From the NCBI GenBank assembly GCA_963791175.1, contig CAWBRC010000001.1, positions 880,063 to 944,062 of the forward strand: a DNA stretch of 64,000 bases, given 5' to 3'. The stretch's first letter is position 1. Each line of letters begins with the position of its first letter. Under the pieces are notes generated by a model. It ran no database searches and had not been told where the DNA came from. It saw only the letters and a program-made list of their open reading frames with translations. Of the stretch, positions 60,892 through 64,000 are shown in pieces. The translations under genes and the position numbers were made by a program. Source of the DNA: an uncultured Actinomycetota bacterium. GTDB lineage: Bacteria > Actinomycetota > Actinomycetes > Propionibacteriales > Nocardioidaceae.

Positions 60892-62022
60892 ATGAAGGTC
60901 CTCGCCGCCATGTCGGGTGGCGTGGACTCGGCGGTCGCCGCGGCCCGGGCCGCCGAGGCGGGCCACGACGTCACCGGCATCCACCTCGCCCTCTCGCGCA
61001 ACCCCGCGTCGTACCGCTCGGGCGCCCGCGGCTGCTGCACGATCGAGGACTCGAACGACGCGCGCCGGGCCGCCGACGTGATCGGGATCCCGTTCTACGT
61101 CTGGGACCTCTCCGACCGGTTCCACGAGGACGTGGTCGAGGACTTCATGGACGAGTACGCCGCCGGCCGCACGCCCAACCCGTGCCTGCGGTGCAACGAG
61201 AAGATCAAGTTCGCCGCGGTGCTCGACCGCGCTCTCGGGCTCGGCTTCGACGCGGTCGCCACCGGCCACTACGCGCAGCTGCGCACCGGCGCCGACGGGG
61301 CCGTCGAGATGCACCGGGCCGTCGACGACGGCAAGGACCAGTCGTACGTGCTCGGCGTCCTCGACCAGGACCAGCTGCGGCACGCGCTGTTCCCGCTCGG
61401 GGGCTCGACCAAGGCCGACGTGCGCGAGGAGGCGGCCCGGCGCGGGCTGCTCGTCGCGGACAAGCCGGACAGCCACGACATCTGCTTCGTCGCGAACGGC
61501 GACACCCCGGCCTGGCTGCGCGAGAAGCTCGGCGACCGCGCACCCAACCGGGGCGGGTCCATCGTCGACGAGGCCGGCGAGGTCGTCGGCACGCACGCGG
61601 GGTCCTACGGGTTCACCATCGGCCAGCGCCGCGGGCTGCACCTCGGCCGGCCGGCGCCGGACGGCAAGCCGCGGTTCGTGCTCGACATCGAGCCGGTCTC
61701 CGGCACCGTCACCGTCGGCCCGCACGAGAGGCTGGCCGTGCACCGCCTCACCGGGACCAGGCCGCGCTGGTGCGGGACCGCGCCGTCCCGGCTGGCCGGC
61801 CCGGACGTCACCGTGCAGCTGCGCGCGCACGGCGCCGAGCACCGCGCGGTGGTCACCGTCGAGGGCGAGGCCGTCGACGTCGAGCTCCTCGAGCCGGCGT
61901 ACGGCATCGCGCCCGGCCAGGCGGCCGTCGTGTACGACGGCACCCGGGTGGTGGGCTCCGCGACCATCGCGGCGACTTCCCGGGAGCCGCTCCTGCCGCA
62001 GGAGTCCCCGGATCCCCGGTGA
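60892..62022 (+). CDS. mnmA: tRNA 2-thiouridine(34) synthase
   Basis: [46 protein letters not shown]. Confidence 0.96.
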   Translation: MKVLAAMSGGVDSAVAAARAAEAGHDVTGIHLALSRNPASYRSGARGCCTIEDSNDARRAADVIGIPFYVWDLSDRFHEDVVEDFMDEYAAGRTPNPCLRCNEKIKFAAVLDRALGLGFDAVATGHYAQLRTGADGAVEMHRAVDDGKDQSYVLGVLDQDQLRHALFPLGGSTKADVREEAARRGLLVADKPDSHDICFVANGDTPAWLREKLGDRAPNRGGSIVDEAGEVVGTHAGSYGFTIGQRRGLHLGRPAPDGKPRFVLDIEPVSGTVTVGPHERLAVHRLTGTRPRWCGTAPSRLAGPDVTVQLRAHGAEHRAVVTVEGEAVDVELLEPAYGIAPGQAAVVYDGTRVVGSATIAATSREPLLPQESPDPR

Positions 62023-62062
62023 CCCGCCCCGGCCGGACCGCGCCCCCACCTAGGCTGAACGC

Positions 62063-62770
62063 GTGCGTGACGTCGTCGGGGTCTGGCTGGGCGGCCTGGA
62101 CGGCACCACCTGGTGGGAGCAGGACGCGGACGAGCCGGTGCTCGCGGCGAGCCTGATGAAGGTGCCGGTGGCGATGGCGGCCGCCGCGCTCGACCTCGAC
62201 CGCGAGGTCACCGTGCACCCGGACTTCGACTCGGTGGTGGCGGGGGAGCGGTTCGAGCTCGACGAGGACGGCGACCAGGACCCCGACACGTGGGCCGAGG
62301 TCGGGCGCCCGCAGACGCTGCGCGAGCTGCGCCGGCGCTCGGTGGTCCTCTCCGGGAACCTCGCCACCAACCTCGTGATGGAGCAGACCGGGGTGTCCGC
62401 GTGCACCGCGGTCATGCCCGAGGTGCGCCGGATGATCAGCGACCTGCCCGCCACCGACCGCGGCATCGTCAACGCCGCGTCCGCGCGGCAGTGGGGGGAG
62501 CTGCTGACCCGGGTGCCCGAGGACGTCGAGGCGGTGATGCGCGGGCAGGTATACCGAAGTGGTATCCCAGCCGGGCTGCCCGGCGGTATACCAACGGCCA
62601 GCAAGACCGGCTGGATCGACGACCACACCCACGACATGGCGATCGTGCGGCCCCCGGGCGGTATACCGTTCGCGCTCGTCGTCCTCACCCGCCTCGCCGG
62701 TATACCAACCGAGACGGGATACCAACGGATCGCCGCGGTCGCCGCCGAGGCCTGGGCGCGCCGCCCGTGA
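62063..62770 (+). CDS. Serine hydrolase, class A beta-lactamase-like fold, no signal peptide
   Basis: ASLMK (SxxK), SGN (SxN), KTGW...HD motifs. Confidence 0.85.
   Translation: MRDVVGVWLGGLDGTTWWEQDADEPVLAASLMKVPVAMAAAALDLDREVTVHPDFDSVVAGERFELDEDGDQDPDTWAEVGRPQTLRELRRRSVVLSGNLATNLVMEQTGVSACTAVMPEVRRMISDLPATDRGIVNAASARQWGELLTRVPEDVEAVMRGQVYRSGIPAGLPGGIPTASKTGWIDDHTHDMAIVRPPGGIPFALVVLTRLAGIPTETGYQRIAAVAAEAWARRP
62548..62723. repeat. Cluster of six GGTATACC-type palindromes inside the hydrolase gene
   Basis: Perfect copies at 62548, 62585, 62660 and 62699; one-mismatch copies at 62561 (GGTATCCC) and 62716 (GGGATACC). Confidence 0.85.
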
Positions 62771-63786
62771 CCACCGTCGTGCGCGTCGACGTCGAGGTGG
62801 TCAGCGTGCCGCTGCACTCGCCGTTCGTCACCGCCCTGCGCCGGGCGACGACCGTCGACAGCGTCGTGGTGCGGGTGACCGACAGCGACGGCCGCACCGG
62901 CCTCGGCGAGGCGCCGCAGAACTGGCAGGTCCTCGGCTCGTCGGTGGCCGGTTCGGTGGCCTGCCTCGAGGGGCCGCTGCGCGACGCCGTCCTCGGCCGG
63001 AGCGCCGACCCGGGGGAGACCTGGCCGGTGGTCGACCGCGCCGTTGCGGGCCACGGCGCCGCCAAGTCCGCCCTCGACTGCGCCCTGCACGACCTCACCG
63101 GTACGCCGCTGCGGTCCCTGCCGACGCTGGTGACGGTCTCCGTCGGCGAGCCCGACGACGTCGCGGAGGCGGCGCGGGCCCGGGTGGCCGAGGGGTTCAC
63201 CACCCTCAAGCTCAAGGTCGGCACCGACGCGGCCACCGACGTGGCCCGGGTGCGCGCCGCGCGCGAGGGCGCCGGACCGGACGTGGCCCTGCGGGTCGAC
63301 GCGAACCAGGGCTGGGACGCCTTCGACGCGGTCCGGGTCGTCCGGGCCATCGAGGACGCCGGGCTCGACGTGGAGCTGGTGGAGCAGCCGGTGCCGGCCC
63401 GCGACGTACCCGGCCTCGCCCACGTACGCCGCCACGTCGCGACGCCGGTGATGGCCGACGAGTCGGTGTTCGGGCTCGACGACCTCGTCGAGGTGATCCG
63501 GTACGACGCCGCCGACCTGGTCAACCTCAAGCTGGCCAAGGCCGGCGGCCTCACGCCGGCCCTCGAGCTGGCCCGGGTGGCCCGCGCCCACGGTCTCGGC
63601 GTCACCGTCGGCTGCATGCTCGAGTCGCACGTCGGGGTGGCCGCCGCCGCGGTCCTCGCGGACCGGGTCGGCTGCGACGTGGCGCCCGACCTCGACGGCG
63701 CCTGGTGGCTCGCCCCCGGCGCGCCGTACGCCGACCGGGTCCGGTACGCCGACGGTCACGCCCTGCTCGGCAGGATGGACCCATGA
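62767..63786 (+). CDS. Dipeptide (L-Ala-D/L-Glu) epimerase, MLE/enolase superfamily
   Basis: PFVTALR, GLGEA, TLKLKVG (KxK), RVDANQGW, VEQP, MADES, VGCMLES, DLDG. Confidence 0.88.
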   Translation: MTTVVRVDVEVVSVPLHSPFVTALRRATTVDSVVVRVTDSDGRTGLGEAPQNWQVLGSSVAGSVACLEGPLRDAVLGRSADPGETWPVVDRAVAGHGAAKSALDCALHDLTGTPLRSLPTLVTVSVGEPDDVAEAARARVAEGFTTLKLKVGTDAATDVARVRAAREGAGPDVALRVDANQGWDAFDAVRVVRAIEDAGLDVELVEQPVPARDVPGLAHVRRHVATPVMADESVFGLDDLVEVIRYDAADLVNLKLAKAGGLTPALELARVARAHGLGVTVGCMLESHVGVAAAAVLADRVGCDVAPDLDGAWWLAPGAPYADRVRYADGHALLGRMDP

Positions 63787-63859
63787 CCACCCGACGAAAC
63801 CGCCCGGAACGGGCGCTGCGCGCGGAGACCGGACGCTTCCGCGGGGACCCCGGAAAAGC

Positions 63860-64000
63860 ATGAGGTCAGTGCGCGAGGCCGCCGTCCACCGCGACGCCGA
63901 CGAGTCGTCCGAGCGGGTCACGTCGCTGGCGCTCGGCGAGGAGGTCTTCGTCGTCGAGCAGCGCGGGGAGTGGACCCGCGTCCTCGCCCCGGACCAGCCG
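63860..64000 (+). CDS. SH3-like N-terminus of a probable NlpC/P60 (YkfC-like) peptidase; partial
   Basis: MRSVREAAVHRDADESSERVTSLALGEEVFVVEQRGEWTRVLAPDQP; follows the dipeptide epimerase. Confidence 0.65.
   Translation, partial: MRSVREAAVHRDADESSERVTSLALGEEVFVVEQRGEWTRVLAPDQP

Overview
High-GC actinobacterial chromosome segment; gene content and REP-type repeats suggest Nocardioides or a relative. The housekeeping backbone is rpiB-nei, tRNA-Gly/tRNA-Pro, tig-clpP1-clpP2-clpX, valS, folC, ndk, mreBCD-mrdA-rodA, the TIGR03960/TIGR03936 radical-SAM pair, rne-rplU-rpmA-obgE-proB and iscS-mnmA, with accessory genes in between. Several essential genes carry frameshifts (valS and much of 49-60.5 kb), which most likely reflect assembly indels. 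Main unexplained structures: (1) a DUF222/HNH nuclease gene between inverted arrays of a 51-bp repeat, with a PafBC-type DNA-damage promoter; (2) an AbiEi/DUF559-like nuclease gene whose cassette is bounded by three copies of a 54-bp palindromic-ended element; (3) six GGTATACC-type palindromes inside a serine-hydrolase gene that heads a muropeptide-recycling operon; (4) two DUF4242 paralogues, each upstream of a large TPR-type regulator; (5) a 162-bp MITE-like element, a GGDEF remnant, a candidate sRNA, and KstR-, TamR- and ClgR-like operators. All calls are from reading the sequence by eye; no searches were run.
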